A stretch of 64,000 nucleotides of DNA from positions 2,909 through 66,908 of the forward strand of contig JAKOTQ010000082.1 in assembly GCA_029776205.1 (NCBI GenBank). The letters are read 5' to 3'. The stretch is from Bacillota bacterium (lineage in GTDB: Bacteria > Bacillota > UBA4882 > UBA8346). The translations under genes were made by a program, and so were the position numbers. Positions 9,443 to 18,786 of the stretch are shown here, one piece after another; within the stretch, counting starts at the first letter, position 1; each line of letters opens with the position of its first letter. Below the pieces are notes generated by a model. It did no database searches. It was not told the origin of the DNA and saw only the letters and a program-made list of their open reading frames with translations.

Positions 9443-10183
9443 TTAGATTTCCTGAATGGCAGCGATCCGTTCTTTTACCGGTGGATGGGTGGAAAACATT
9501 TGAAAGATGGATGGTAATTCATTCCCGCTTTGTGCATCGACTCTTTTCCAAAAATTTAGTAATTCATTTTTCGAATATCCGGCAGCCGTCATCATCCGAA
9601 CCCCATATGCATCCGCCTCAAACTCCGCTTCGCGGCTATATCCCAATTGAATCAAAGTCATCGATACACCGGCAACCCGATTTAGGACTTCCTTATACGA
9701 GGAATCGTTTTTATACATCGCCAGATTCCAAAGGGCAGACATACCTACCGTCCGGTATAAGGATTTCATCGTATGTTTCCGGTCAATATGGGCGATTTCA
9801 TGACCAATGACACCAGCAATTTCTCCATCAGATTGAGCAAAATCGATCAATCCGGTATTAACGAAAATATAACCGCCGGGCACGGCAAAAGCATTAATGG
9901 CCGGATCTTCCACGATGGTCAACGTATATTCAACTTCATCAGAACGGGATGATTGCGCCACCAATTGTTCAAAAATACGTTGAATCCGTTTGGCTTGAGC
10001 AGGCTTTAGCCTAGCAGGGCTTTTCTGCCGAATCAGGCTTTGATAATTATAATAGCCAATTTCCTGTTCCACTCCCCGCTCAAATTTGCCTAAAAAGGAT
10101 TCAGCACGGATGGCCGGAAGATAGGCTAAATTCATAATGAATAATAAAATGATGGCGATCATACCTATTTTTTTCGTTTTCAT
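9443..10183 (-). CDS. M48-family zinc metalloprotease, secreted or lipid-anchored
   Basis: 246 aa with an N-terminal signal-like segment, a HEIAH zinc motif and a downstream glutamate (EFEADAYG). Confidence 0.85.
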   Translation of the reverse strand: MKTKKIGMIAIILLFIMNLAYLPAIRAESFLGKFERGVEQEIGYYNYQSLIRQKSPARLKPAQAKRIQRIFEQLVAQSSRSDEVEYTLTIVEDPAINAFAVPGGYIFVNTGLIDFAQSDGEIAGVIGHEIAHIDRKHTMKSLYRTVGMSALWNLAMYKNDSSYKEVLNRVAGVSMTLIQLGYSREAEFEADAYGVRMMTAAGYSKNELLNFWKRVDAQSGNELPSIFQMFSTHPPVKERIAAIQEI

Positions 10184-10275
10184 ACCGGAGATTATTCTTC
10201 GTTAATCCGCTTAATCCTGCCCTTTTTCAGTTTTTCCAGCATCTCCGCTGATTTGTCGTAAATCACCTCTTATAA

Positions 10276-10306
10276 CACAAAAAGGAAATCCCAAGGATTT
10301 CCTTTT
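10276..10306 (-). terminator. Intrinsic terminator after the large M48 gene
   Basis: Stem AAAGGAAAUCC/GGAUUUCCUUU followed by a U-run on the minus strand. Confidence 0.65.
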
Positions 10307-10351
10307 CTCACAACATGAATATGTACAATGACAGCAAGACTGAATAATCAT

Positions 10352-11770
10352 TTATAGTTTGGAAAGGAGCTTTTCATAAGCAAACAAGTATTTATCCAAA
10401 TTGGCGATACGATCCTCAGGCGAAGGATGGGTTGAAAATACTTTTTCAATGGTCGATACTCTGTTTCTGCGCAAGTCCATTAATTTCCCCATAACGACTT
10501 TATAGGCATTATAGTCCATATTGACCCGTTTTAAATGAGCTACGGCCATTTCATCCGCTTCCCGTTCCTGATCTCTGGAATATCCTTTCATGATGATGTT
10601 CGCCATCACGGTAGCAAACAAGCTGGCCTTAGCTTGGTCATTCGTATTATTGGATGTACCGGCAATTAAAATTGCGGCAAACAAAGACAGGGCTTGGGCT
10701 TTCCTGTAACTAACGACAGCGTGTTTCTTCTCGATATGGCCCAATTCATGGGCGATGACGAATGCAATCTCATCATCCGTTTCTAATACATCTAAAAGGC
10801 CTTGTGTAAAATAAATATATCCGTTGGGTGCAGCAAAGGCGTTTATCTCATCCGTCTCTAAAATCCGAAATTTAATATCCATATGCTTCCGGGTCGAATC
10901 GGCAATGATTGGTGCTGCAATTTTCCTTAGCCTGGCAATTAAATCAGGATTATCCGACAAGCGATAATAGTATTCCAAAGTTCCACAGGCTTCAGCCCCC
11001 AGAGTTTCCTCCAACTGACGGTCACTGTTGATAAAATATTTATACGGCGGGAAGCAAACCGGACATGGACGGTACAAATTTTGCTCTGCTTCTCTTCGGG
11101 ATTTTATTGAAACTTGGAGATCCTTTCGTGGCAAGTGATTACATTGGGGCAAATGATACATCCGACTGGACAAATGTCCTATTACCGGAGCATTTTCGTC
11201 CCGAAGGCTTCTTTCTTCCGAAACAACCTGCTTACCAAGATAAGCACCGACCAATTGTTGAACTGCTTTTGCAAAAGCATCATCCCGACTTTTCTCGCTT
11301 AAGCCTTCAGCACTGAAGTATTGTTCTTCTTCAGTTTTACTGTTTAAAACCTTTAAACCAAGCAACAATTGATAACTTTTGCCGGATTTTTCGCGTTTAA
11401 TTTCATTATAACCGTTAATTTCCAATATGCCCAATTCCGTGCTTCCGATCTTCCGGCCAATGGCAGCAAGATCAGCATTGGTACAGAGATTTTCCGCTTC
11501 ATAATACAAGCCTAAATCAACATTTTTTAATAAATCGTTCGTCGCTTTGCGTCCTCTATAACCGTCCACTGCTTTGCGGAATTCATTGCTTAACAAATCA
11601 TTGACTGCGTCCTCCAAATTTCGGCCGCCAATCGTATCGACACCACTATAATTTTTGACACCGATCAACGATAACTGGGCATGGTTTTCTGCGAATACAG
11701 GTACTATTAATATACACATTAGAATGAAAATGACAAACCATCGCTTAATCCAACAATCTGCCAAAATCAA
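10352..11770 (-). CDS. M48-family metalloprotease with a long N-terminal region and an internal Zn-ribbon-like motif
   Basis: 472 aa. HELGHIEKKH and EREADEMA place M48 in the C-terminal half. The N-terminus is hydrophobic. An internal YHLPQCNHL...YRPCPVC motif is present. The exact start (TTG at 11770 or a later codon) is uncertain. Confidence 0.8.
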   Translation of the reverse strand: MILADCWIKRWFVIFILMCILIVPVFAENHAQLSLIGVKNYSGVDTIGGRNLEDAVNDLLSNEFRKAVDGYRGRKATNDLLKNVDLGLYYEAENLCTNADLAAIGRKIGSTELGILEINGYNEIKREKSGKSYQLLLGLKVLNSKTEEEQYFSAEGLSEKSRDDAFAKAVQQLVGAYLGKQVVSEERSLRDENAPVIGHLSSRMYHLPQCNHLPRKDLQVSIKSRREAEQNLYRPCPVCFPPYKYFINSDRQLEETLGAEACGTLEYYYRLSDNPDLIARLRKIAAPIIADSTRKHMDIKFRILETDEINAFAAPNGYIYFTQGLLDVLETDDEIAFVIAHELGHIEKKHAVVSYRKAQALSLFAAILIAGTSNNTNDQAKASLFATVMANIIMKGYSRDQEREADEMAVAHLKRVNMDYNAYKVVMGKLMDLRRNRVSTIEKVFSTHPSPEDRIANLDKYLFAYEKLLSKL

Positions 11771-11833
11771 TCACTCCCTAGTAATATTTGACAAAAATCA
11801 ATTCACCGTTTAATCCTAAACTCCTTCATCAAA

Positions 11834-11862
11834 CGAAAAAAGTCTGCATCGTTGCAGACTTT
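11834..11862 (-). terminator. Intrinsic terminator after rnpB
   Basis: Stem AGUCUGCAAC/GAUGCAGACU followed by UUUUUU on the minus strand. Confidence 0.7.
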
Positions 11863-11876
11863 AAAAAATAAAATTT

Positions 11877-12229
11877 AACTGTCTCTATAAGCCGAGTTCT
11901 GTACCCGAAAAACGGGCGGTAACCATTTATCTCGGACATCAGTTGCCTGATGCCTCTAGCGACCAACCCGGGAGAAAAGCGGGCCACTTTATCTCTCCCC
12001 TATTAGGTCTTGCTCCGGATGGGGTTTTCCAAGCCGGCCGATTCCTCGACCGCTGGTGCGCTCTTACCGCACCTTTTCAGCTTTGCCTTATTGGAAAATC
12101 CAATAATCGGCGTTTCCTTTTCTGTGGCACTTTCCGTGGGGTCGCCCCCCCTGGACGTTATCCAGCATCCTGCCCTATGGAGCTCGGACTTTCCTCAAGC
12201 ATGACGCTTGCGGTTACCCGAGACAGTTA
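11877..12229 (-). ncRNA. rnpB: RNase P RNA, bacterial class A
   Basis: The minus strand reads ...GAGGAAAGUCCGAGCUCCAUAGGGCAGGAUGCUGGAUAACGUCCAG...ACAGAACUCGGCUUAUAGAGACAGUU. P1 forms from AACUGUCUC with GAGACAGUU. The plus-strand ORFs here are artefacts. Confidence 0.93.
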
Positions 12230-12252
12230 AATGTCATATCGATTGGATATAT

Positions 12253-12282
12253 AGTTTATCACGGCTGCCGCCATACTGTCAA
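12253..12282 (-). promoter_or_regulatory. Putative sigma-A promoter of rnpB
   Basis: TTGACA-N18-TAAACT on the minus strand, about 20 nt upstream of the mature 5' end. Confidence 0.5.
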
Positions 12283-12296
12283 ATGAAAGTATTTCC

Positions 12297-13007
12297 TTAA
12301 TAATAAAGGATACGGCCGCAATTTTCACAGAAGTATAAGCGATCGTCACCGTGTTTCACTGCTTTTAAAAGTGAATCCGAGACACTGACATGACAAGCGC
12401 CGCAAACATTTCCTTTCAATTGAGCAATCCCGATCCCGCGGTGATTATCGGCAATCTTGCGATAACGCGCCATCCAGTCATCCGGTATTTGAGGAAGAAG
12501 CGTTTCAAGTTCAGCATGAAGTTGTTCCTTTTCCAATTGAAGCTCCAACATCTTTTCGTTAATTTCTTTCTTCCGGGTAACTAACTCTTTCAAACACTGG
12601 GACAAACGGTCTTCCAATACAGCAATTTCTGAGTCGATTTTCTCATCCAGCTCTAATTGCCTTAAAATCTCCGTTTCCAACTTGTCTTGAAGCTGACGAT
12701 ATTCCTCCATTTTCTGCTGTATTTGCTCTAATTCACGGGGATTGGATATCTTGCCGCTATATAGCAATGTTTCTTCCTGACGATAATGTTCAAGGCAACG
12801 TTCACATTCTAATTCCAGTTGCTTTTGATTTTTTTTGATATCTGAAGCTTTCTCAGTACGGACAGACAGCTGAGACCGAATTTCCTTCAATAGTTCTTCT
12901 AAAGCCGACACATTGGCATCCCGACTTAAATCTTGTTCCATTTGGCGCAAACCATTCAACCGAGTTTCAATTTGCTGAACTCGGAATAAAGCGGATATAA
13001 CAGCCAT
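12297..13007 (-). CDS. Coiled-coil C4 zinc-ribbon protein (COG1579/DUF164 family)
   Basis: 236 aa with a long coiled coil, then CGACH...CENCGRILY. The Nif3 - COG1579 - rnpB neighbourhood is conserved. Confidence 0.8.
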   Translation of the reverse strand: MAVISALFRVQQIETRLNGLRQMEQDLSRDANVSALEELLKEIRSQLSVRTEKASDIKKNQKQLELECERCLEHYRQEETLLYSGKISNPRELEQIQQKMEEYRQLQDKLETEILRQLELDEKIDSEIAVLEDRLSQCLKELVTRKKEINEKMLELQLEKEQLHAELETLLPQIPDDWMARYRKIADNHRGIGIAQLKGNVCGACHVSVSDSLLKAVKHGDDRLYFCENCGRILYY

Positions 13008-13031
13008 ACTTCCTCCTGACTGCAGCCATAC

Positions 13032-13220
13032 CTAACTACGAATGGCTCCAATTAAATCTTTATACGTGTCAACATCCATCCCCACGTCGATCCGTTTGGC
13101 ATAAAAATCAGTCCCTTTATTTCTGGAACATTCAACACACCGTTTAGTCTGAGGTAAAATCTCGACCCTTTCTTTCGGAATCAAATTACCGCAAATCTCA
13201 CATTTTTTCACCATGCCCAC
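13032..13220 (-). CDS. TraR/DksA-type C4 zinc-finger protein
   Basis: 62 aa with CEICGNLIP...RCVECS. Either the GTG at 13220 or the ATG at 13214 could be the start, both after GAGGAGG. Confidence 0.7.
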   Translation of the reverse strand: MGMVKKCEICGNLIPKERVEILPQTKRCVECSRNKGTDFYAKRIDVGMDVDTYKDLIGAIRS

Positions 13221-13252
13221 GCGACCTCCTCACTCGCATCGAAACGGTTTTC

Positions 13253-14359
13253 TCAAATAAAGCGATAGGGTTCTTCCTGAATCGTGGTGCATTTGATGAT
13301 CTGTAATGCATCTGGCGGGAATATTTTTTTTAAGTGATCTGCCATCACCGTGACAAAAACCTGTTCACTAGTCCAATGGCCTACATCAACCAGAGCCAGG
13401 CCATTTTCCCGGGCATCAAGATGATCATGATAGGTTAAATCAGCAGTGACATATACATCAGCATGTTTTGCCAATGCCTGCGGTATCAAACTTTTCCCGC
13501 TTCCGGAACAAACGGCTACAGTTCGTATCATTCGTTCCGGATCTCCTGTAATCTTTAACGGATCGATCTGAAACAACTGTTTAATTTTCTCGCAAAAAAG
13601 GCCCAATGACTGAGGGTTGGTGAGTTTTCCGATTCTCCCCAGACCATGTTTTGTCGGTTGGTCAATGGGATAAATGTCAACTGCCGGTTCCTCATATGGA
13701 TGATGAGTATAAATAGCTTTAATCACCGCCGAAACTCTGGAAAGAGGAACGATCATCTCCAACCGGATTTCCGAGACAATTTCTAACTTTCCGGCCGTAC
13801 CGATAGTTGGGTGTGCAGTTTGACCCGGCAGAAAACTACCGTTACCTTCTACAGTAAATGCGCATTGAGAATAATCGCCGATAATGCCGGCCCCTGCATT
13901 CGACATTGCCTCCCGCAAACGTTGACACGCATCTTCCGGAACGAATGTCACAATTTTTCGTGAAGGCACAGTTGCAGGTTCCAGCGACTCGATATCCTGA
14001 AGCTCGAGCATCTGAGCAAGATAATGATTGATTCCGAAAGCCGCCTTATCCACATTGGTATGAGCGGAAATCAAAAATTTATCGAGCTTTATCAAAGATT
14101 GGACTAACTTTCCGAAGGGAGTTGCCAGGTTCAAACGCTTTACAGGTTTAAATAAAAAGGGGTGATGGACAATATAACCGTCCACCTGATGGGCCATACC
14201 TTCATCGAAAACCTGTTGATTAAAATCAACAGCCAACATCACTTTATGGATCTGACTCTCTGGACTGCCCACTTGTAAACCTGAGTTATCCCAGGATTCC
14301 GCTAACTCCCACGGCGCAAATTGGTCAATCGTTTGGATTAACTGACGTAATGTCGGCAA
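13253..14359 (-). CDS. Nif3-like dinuclear metal-centre protein (YqfO family)
   Basis: Motifs WDNSGLQVG, HHPFLF and HWTSE. I prefer the TTG at 14359, 5 nt after AGGAGGAA (MPTLRQLIQ...), over the ORF-track ATG at 14377, which overlaps that RBS. Confidence 0.88.
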   Translation of the reverse strand: MPTLRQLIQTIDQFAPWELAESWDNSGLQVGSPESQIHKVMLAVDFNQQVFDEGMAHQVDGYIVHHPFLFKPVKRLNLATPFGKLVQSLIKLDKFLISAHTNVDKAAFGINHYLAQMLELQDIESLEPATVPSRKIVTFVPEDACQRLREAMSNAGAGIIGDYSQCAFTVEGNGSFLPGQTAHPTIGTAGKLEIVSEIRLEMIVPLSRVSAVIKAIYTHHPYEEPAVDIYPIDQPTKHGLGRIGKLTNPQSLGLFCEKIKQLFQIDPLKITGDPERMIRTVAVCSGSGKSLIPQALAKHADVYVTADLTYHDHLDARENGLALVDVGHWTSEQVFVTVMADHLKKIFPPDALQIIKCTTIQEEPYRFI

Positions 14360-14481
14360 AGGCCTTCCTCCTATCATTAAGGATCACCGGTTAAATTCGC
14401 GTCAATGTACGGTGAATCCTTCTTGAAAGGTATAACCACTCTCATTTTATTCATTGAGCATTCCGACTTAGTCCAATAAAC

Positions 14482-14505
14482 AAAAAAAGTGGGATATTTC
14501 CCACT
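14482..14505 (-). terminator. Intrinsic terminator after tRNA(CAU)
   Basis: Stem AGUGGGA/UCCCACU followed by U7 on the minus strand. Confidence 0.7.
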
Positions 14506-14529
14506 GCTTTCTATATTTCAGTAACGTAT

Positions 14530-14604
14530 TGGTGGGCCCACTTGGGTTCGAACCAAGGACCGATCGGTTATGAGCCGACTGCTCTACCGCTGAGCTATGG
14601 GCCC
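14530..14604 (-). tRNA. tRNA with CAU anticodon (elongator Met or lysidine-modified Ile2), encoded CCA
   Basis: Hand-folded cloverleaf: GGGCCCA-UA-GCUC..GAGC-A-GUCGG-CUCAUAA-CCGAU-CGGUC-CUUGG-UUCGAAC-CCAAG-UGGGCCC-ACCA. The G1:C72 pair argues against an initiator. Confidence 0.93.
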
Positions 14605-14621
14605 GAAACGTAACATAAAAT

Positions 14622-14650
14622 ATTATACATATTTTCGCTTTAAACATCAA
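14622..14650 (-). promoter_or_regulatory. Putative sigma-A promoter of tRNA(CAU)
   Basis: TTGATG-N17-TATAAT on the minus strand, just upstream of the tRNA. Confidence 0.6.
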
Positions 14651-14657
14651 CTATAAA

Positions 14658-15764
14658 TTAATCAAGAAAATCTTTTAATTTTTTACTCCGGCTGGGATGG
14701 CGCAGTTTACGCAAGGCCTTGGCCTCAATCTGGCGAATCCGCTCCCGGGTAACATTAAAGATTTGTCCTACTTCTTCAAGGGTTCGGGCCCGTCCGTCGT
14801 CCAAACCAAACCGTAAACGCAATACTTTTTCCTCACGCGGAGTCAAAGTATTTAACACATCTTCCAACTGCTCTTTTAAAAGCCGGAAAGAAGCAGCCTC
14901 GGCCGGAGCCGGCGCATCCTGATCTTCAATAAAATCACCAAGATGGCTGTCTTCTTCTTCCCCGATCGGTGTTTCCAGAGAAACCGGTTCCTGGGCGATT
15001 TTAATAATTTCCCGGACCCGCTCCGGACTCATCTCCATCTCTTCCGCAATTTCTTCAGCAGAAGGCTCTCTTCCCAAACTTTGAAGTAATTGACGGGATA
15101 CCCGGATTAATTTATTGATAGTTTCCACCATATGAACGGGAATCCGGATCGTACGGGCTTGATCGGCAATAGCCCGGGTAATCGCCTGACGAATCCACCA
15201 GGTAGCATAGGTACTGAATTTATACCCTTTGCGGTAATCAAATTTTTCAACCGCTTTGATGAGCCCCAGGTTTCCTTCCTGAATCAGGTCTAAGAAAAGC
15301 ATACCACGGCCGACATAGCGTTTGGCAATGCTAACCACAAGCCGCAGATTGGCTTCAGCCAACCGGCGTTTTGCAGCCTCATCTCCAGCTTCCACCCGAC
15401 GCGCCAACTCAATTTCTTCGGTTGCAGATAATAATGGCACCCTTCCAATTTCTTTCAGGTACATCCGAACCGGATCGTCTAAGGCAATTCCCTCAGGAAT
15501 AGTCAAATCCAGCTCAATATCTTCCTCGTGATCAGGATGAAAGCCGTCATCGACATCATCTAAGATCTCTTCGCTGGTATCGGGAATGATCTCGATGCCA
15601 TGATTAGCTAAAGCCTCATATACCTCTTCGATTTGATCATTGGTCAGTTCAACTTGTTCCAGGCTATCCATGATTTCCCGATAGGAAAGCATCCCTTTTC
15701 GCTTGCCTCTAGAGATGAGTTCATTTATACCTTCAATATTTGGCAAGGTTTTTTCGTTACTCAA
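14658..15764 (-). CDS. sigA: RNA polymerase primary sigma factor
   Basis: 368 aa with regions 1.2-4.2 ([52 protein letters not shown]). Classic dnaG-sigA pair. Confidence 0.97.
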   Translation of the reverse strand: MSNEKTLPNIEGINELISRGKRKGMLSYREIMDSLEQVELTNDQIEEVYEALANHGIEIIPDTSEEILDDVDDGFHPDHEEDIELDLTIPEGIALDDPVRMYLKEIGRVPLLSATEEIELARRVEAGDEAAKRRLAEANLRLVVSIAKRYVGRGMLFLDLIQEGNLGLIKAVEKFDYRKGYKFSTYATWWIRQAITRAIADQARTIRIPVHMVETINKLIRVSRQLLQSLGREPSAEEIAEEMEMSPERVREIIKIAQEPVSLETPIGEEEDSHLGDFIEDQDAPAPAEAASFRLLKEQLEDVLNTLTPREEKVLRLRFGLDDGRARTLEEVGQIFNVTRERIRQIEAKALRKLRHPSRSKKLKDFLD

Positions 15765-15843
15765 AGTTTTATTACCATCCTTCCAGGAATAGGAGCAATA
15801 AAAGTTATTGTTCCATCGTAATTATATGATAAATTTATAATAT

Positions 15844-17706
15844 TTACAGTTCACCAGCAAAATTAGGGTAATCCCGCTGCAGCCTCTTTTTTAACTGCGT
15901 AAATTCGATAATTTTTTCTTTTAATGCTTCTTCCGTCAATGGATTAAACGCTTCATCTTTTCCGCTGGATATCTGTTGCGTTAAAATCTGAATACGCTCT
16001 TTCAGGTGCAACATCTCTAACCGCTGAAAAATTCCGTCAATATCTTCCGTTTTGACTTCTTTCACCTCAGCTTCGGCCAAGAGGGATACAGCTACTTCTC
16101 TAAAACCACTGCTAATTTCTTCACAAATTGCCTCGAAAGTCTGGAAATCAGGATTTTTAGCCAGAAGATCATCCCAAAGGCGTTGCCAAACGTCAAAGGA
16201 AAAGGAATGAGCTAGTAATTTTTCTTTAATTCGCGCAAATTTGTCATATTCCTGCAAAGCAAATTGTAAAAGTTCCTTTTCTGTTTCAAAAATCGCTTTT
16301 TTTAGAGGAGTAAGTTGGCCAGGATCGACAAAACCAGGATATGGCCTATTATTTTCACTTGTTACTTTAGTATAACTATTATCAATATTCCTATCCAAAA
16401 TTTGATTTTTTTTCCTATGCTTTTGCACCCAGAGTCGAAATTCCTCATTGATAGCCGTCTCTGTAATTCCTACTTCCCTAGACAGCTTACGGAAATATTC
16501 CTCTCGAACGATGACGCTGTCCACCGTTGCCAAATAAGGCAGGAGTTCATTAATGACAGAGGCTTTGCCGGCAGGATTGGATAAATCATGGGATCGTACC
16601 GCCGTTTGGATCACAAAATCCAAAAAATCAACGGCATTTGCCAATAATTCGCCAAAGGAATGTGCACCAAAGGTTCGGATGAAGGAATCCGGGTCATGCC
16701 CTTCCGGCATGATTAATATCTTAACATCCAATCCGTTTTCACGCAGAATATTCATTCCTTTGATGGTCGCATTTTGACCGGCAGCATCTGCGTCATACGC
16801 CAAAACAACCTGATTAGTATAGCGTTTGATCATTTTAGCCTGTTCCGCAGTTAACGCCGTTCCCAGGGAAGCCACAGTTTGGCAAAATCCCCCCTGATGG
16901 GCTTGGATCACATCCATATACCCTTCGACGATAATCGCATGTCCCGATTTGCGAATAGCCTCTTTCGCCAGATTTAACCCGTAAAGATTATATCCTTTAT
17001 GAAAAAGAACAGTATCGGGAGAGTTTAAATATTTCGGATGACTGTTATCAAAAACCCGAGCGCCAAATCCGCAAATATTACCGCGAGCATCCGCAATCGG
17101 AAAGATTAACCGCTCCCGAAAACGGTCATAAAAACCGTTCTCCCCCAAACTGACTAAACCAAGGCTCTCCGCTAATTCCAATCGAATACCCTTACGCCGT
17201 AATACATTGGTTAAATGATGCCATCCCGGGGCTGCATACCCTAGATAAAATTTACTCCAAATTTCAGAACTAATGCCTCTTTTTTCAAGATAAGCCCGGG
17301 CAACTCGGCCAGATTCGGTTTTAAGAAGACATTGATGATAAAAAATGGCAGTTAACTTGTTAATCTGAAGTAATTCAGCCTTTTGACCATGGGTTTCATC
17401 AGTTGTCCGATCCGGCCATGGAATACCGGCCCGTTCTGCCAGACGCCTTGCCGCTTCAATAAACTCGAGATTTTCTATTTTCATCAAGAAACTGATGACA
17501 TCACCGCCGGTCCCGCATCCAAAACAGTAAAAAAACTGTTTGGTTTGATTGACATTGAACGATGGTGTCTTCTCCGAATGAAACGGGCATAAGCCAATAT
17601 ACGATCGTCCGGCACGCCGTAAAGTGACATATTCGGAGATCACGGAAACAATATCGTTCTTTTCCTTAATTTCCTGAATCAATGCAGTGTTCCCGTTTTG
17701 AATCAC
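15844..17706 (-). CDS. dnaG: DNA primase
   Basis: 620 aa with a CHC2 zinc finger (CPFHSEKTPSF...CFGCG), a TOPRIM domain (IVEGYMDV, LAYDADAAG) and a GTG start. Confidence 0.97.
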   Translation of the reverse strand: MIQNGNTALIQEIKEKNDIVSVISEYVTLRRAGRSYIGLCPFHSEKTPSFNVNQTKQFFYCFGCGTGGDVISFLMKIENLEFIEAARRLAERAGIPWPDRTTDETHGQKAELLQINKLTAIFYHQCLLKTESGRVARAYLEKRGISSEIWSKFYLGYAAPGWHHLTNVLRRKGIRLELAESLGLVSLGENGFYDRFRERLIFPIADARGNICGFGARVFDNSHPKYLNSPDTVLFHKGYNLYGLNLAKEAIRKSGHAIIVEGYMDVIQAHQGGFCQTVASLGTALTAEQAKMIKRYTNQVVLAYDADAAGQNATIKGMNILRENGLDVKILIMPEGHDPDSFIRTFGAHSFGELLANAVDFLDFVIQTAVRSHDLSNPAGKASVINELLPYLATVDSVIVREEYFRKLSREVGITETAINEEFRLWVQKHRKKNQILDRNIDNSYTKVTSENNRPYPGFVDPGQLTPLKKAIFETEKELLQFALQEYDKFARIKEKLLAHSFSFDVWQRLWDDLLAKNPDFQTFEAICEEISSGFREVAVSLLAEAEVKEVKTEDIDGIFQRLEMLHLKERIQILTQQISSGKDEAFNPLTEEALKEKIIEFTQLKKRLQRDYPNFAGEL

Positions 17707-17843
17707 TTATAACCCACCAGACTTACTCATTTTTAGTAATCACTTAATTTCGGTCTTAAAACTATTTTCCCTCTTTTCAAGAGATAATAATTTCAAATTT
17801 TCTTAAAGTAAATTCGATAAATCTGAGGAGGAATCATCTTCCT

Positions 17844-17866
17844 GAAAAAAAAGCGCCCTACGGCGC
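17844..17866 (-). terminator. Intrinsic terminator after the rodZ-like gene
   Basis: GCGCC/GGCGC stem spanning the stop codon, followed by U8-9 on the minus strand. Confidence 0.6.
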
Positions 17867-18700
17867 AACCAAACCATCCGGTGTAAATCGATACGTCTTT
17901 GAAACACCGCGTTTGCCAAGAACACCTAAATCTTGACCATTAAAGCTCATCTTAATACCCCCGGAATTTCCTACCCGTATTTCCAGGCTTTCCTGAGCAG
18001 TCCATACTTGTTTCGGGGAATCTTTGGTAAAAGTTACTCCGTTCTCCATATAAATATATTTTCCGTCCGCCTTAACCCGTACCCAAACATCCTCGCTGAA
18101 TTCGGCATAAACTGTTATCGGAGCAGGAAACACCTGTGTGGTTATCATATCTTCCGATGAAGAATCTTCGGAAACCTGTTTCACTGAAATCTCATCAGAT
18201 GAATTTTCGGCTTCATCAGCAACAGATGGGGATTGACTTTCTGCTTCCTCAGAAATATCTGCGGTATGGCTTAAGCTGATCGTTCTCTCCTTAATCATGG
18301 GTACAATCAGGCATAAGGAAGCAATAATAATTATAATAGCAACTCCAACCCAGAAATTCGCCTTATTCTTCAGACGAAACCTTTTCGTTTTGGGTTTGGC
18401 GTTTTCCCCCGACCCTCGGGTTACCTCCATTTTTTCCCTGTCTGTCACCGGTTCAATCGGAGGGATTTCGTTCTTTATCGCGTAATATTTTTCCAAAAGC
18501 AGTTGTCCGTCAAGGCCAACTGCATTGGCAAAATTGACCAGAAAGCCTTTTCGGTAAACTTCTCCGGGAATGGCCTCAAAATCTCCGTTTTCCATAGCTT
18601 CCAGGTATTGCAGGCGAATTTTGGTTATCTCCTGAATATCCTTTAACGAAAGCTCTTTTTCTTCTCTGGCTTTCCGGAGGTATTCTCCGATCTCTTTCAC
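17858..18700 (-). CDS. RodZ-like HTH / DUF4115 membrane protein
   Basis: 280 aa with an N-terminal XRE-type HTH (IGEYLRKAREEKELSLKDIQEITKIRLQYLEAME), one TM segment and a C-terminal beta-rich domain. Confidence 0.8.
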   Translation of the reverse strand: MKEIGEYLRKAREEKELSLKDIQEITKIRLQYLEAMENGDFEAIPGEVYRKGFLVNFANAVGLDGQLLLEKYYAIKNEIPPIEPVTDREKMEVTRGSGENAKPKTKRFRLKNKANFWVGVAIIIIIASLCLIVPMIKERTISLSHTADISEEAESQSPSVADEAENSSDEISVKQVSEDSSSEDMITTQVFPAPITVYAEFSEDVWVRVKADGKYIYMENGVTFTKDSPKQVWTAQESLEIRVGNSGGIKMSFNGQDLGVLGKRGVSKTYRFTPDGLVAP

Positions 18701-18786
18701 TGAGACACCTCCCTTAAAATATTTCCATTATATATTTATTATATATTTCGTGTCTTCCTTTCGAAGTTCCTGCCAGCATCTTTTGA

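Noticed and set aside
10184-10275. 16-24-codon minus-strand ORF (…MLEKLKKGRIKRINEE) ending 10 nt before the small M48 gene.
   Set aside because: The start codon is ambiguous and the nearby AAGAGGTGA is not correctly spaced for any start. It might aid coupling to the RBS-less M48 start, but I cannot support it as a gene.
11943-12230. Two plus-strand ORFs (95 and 64 aa).
   Set aside because: They fall entirely inside the RNase P RNA gene on the opposite strand.
14468-14650. 60-aa minus-strand ORF.
   Set aside because: It is read through the tRNA(CAU) gene and its promoter and terminator, so it is an artefact.
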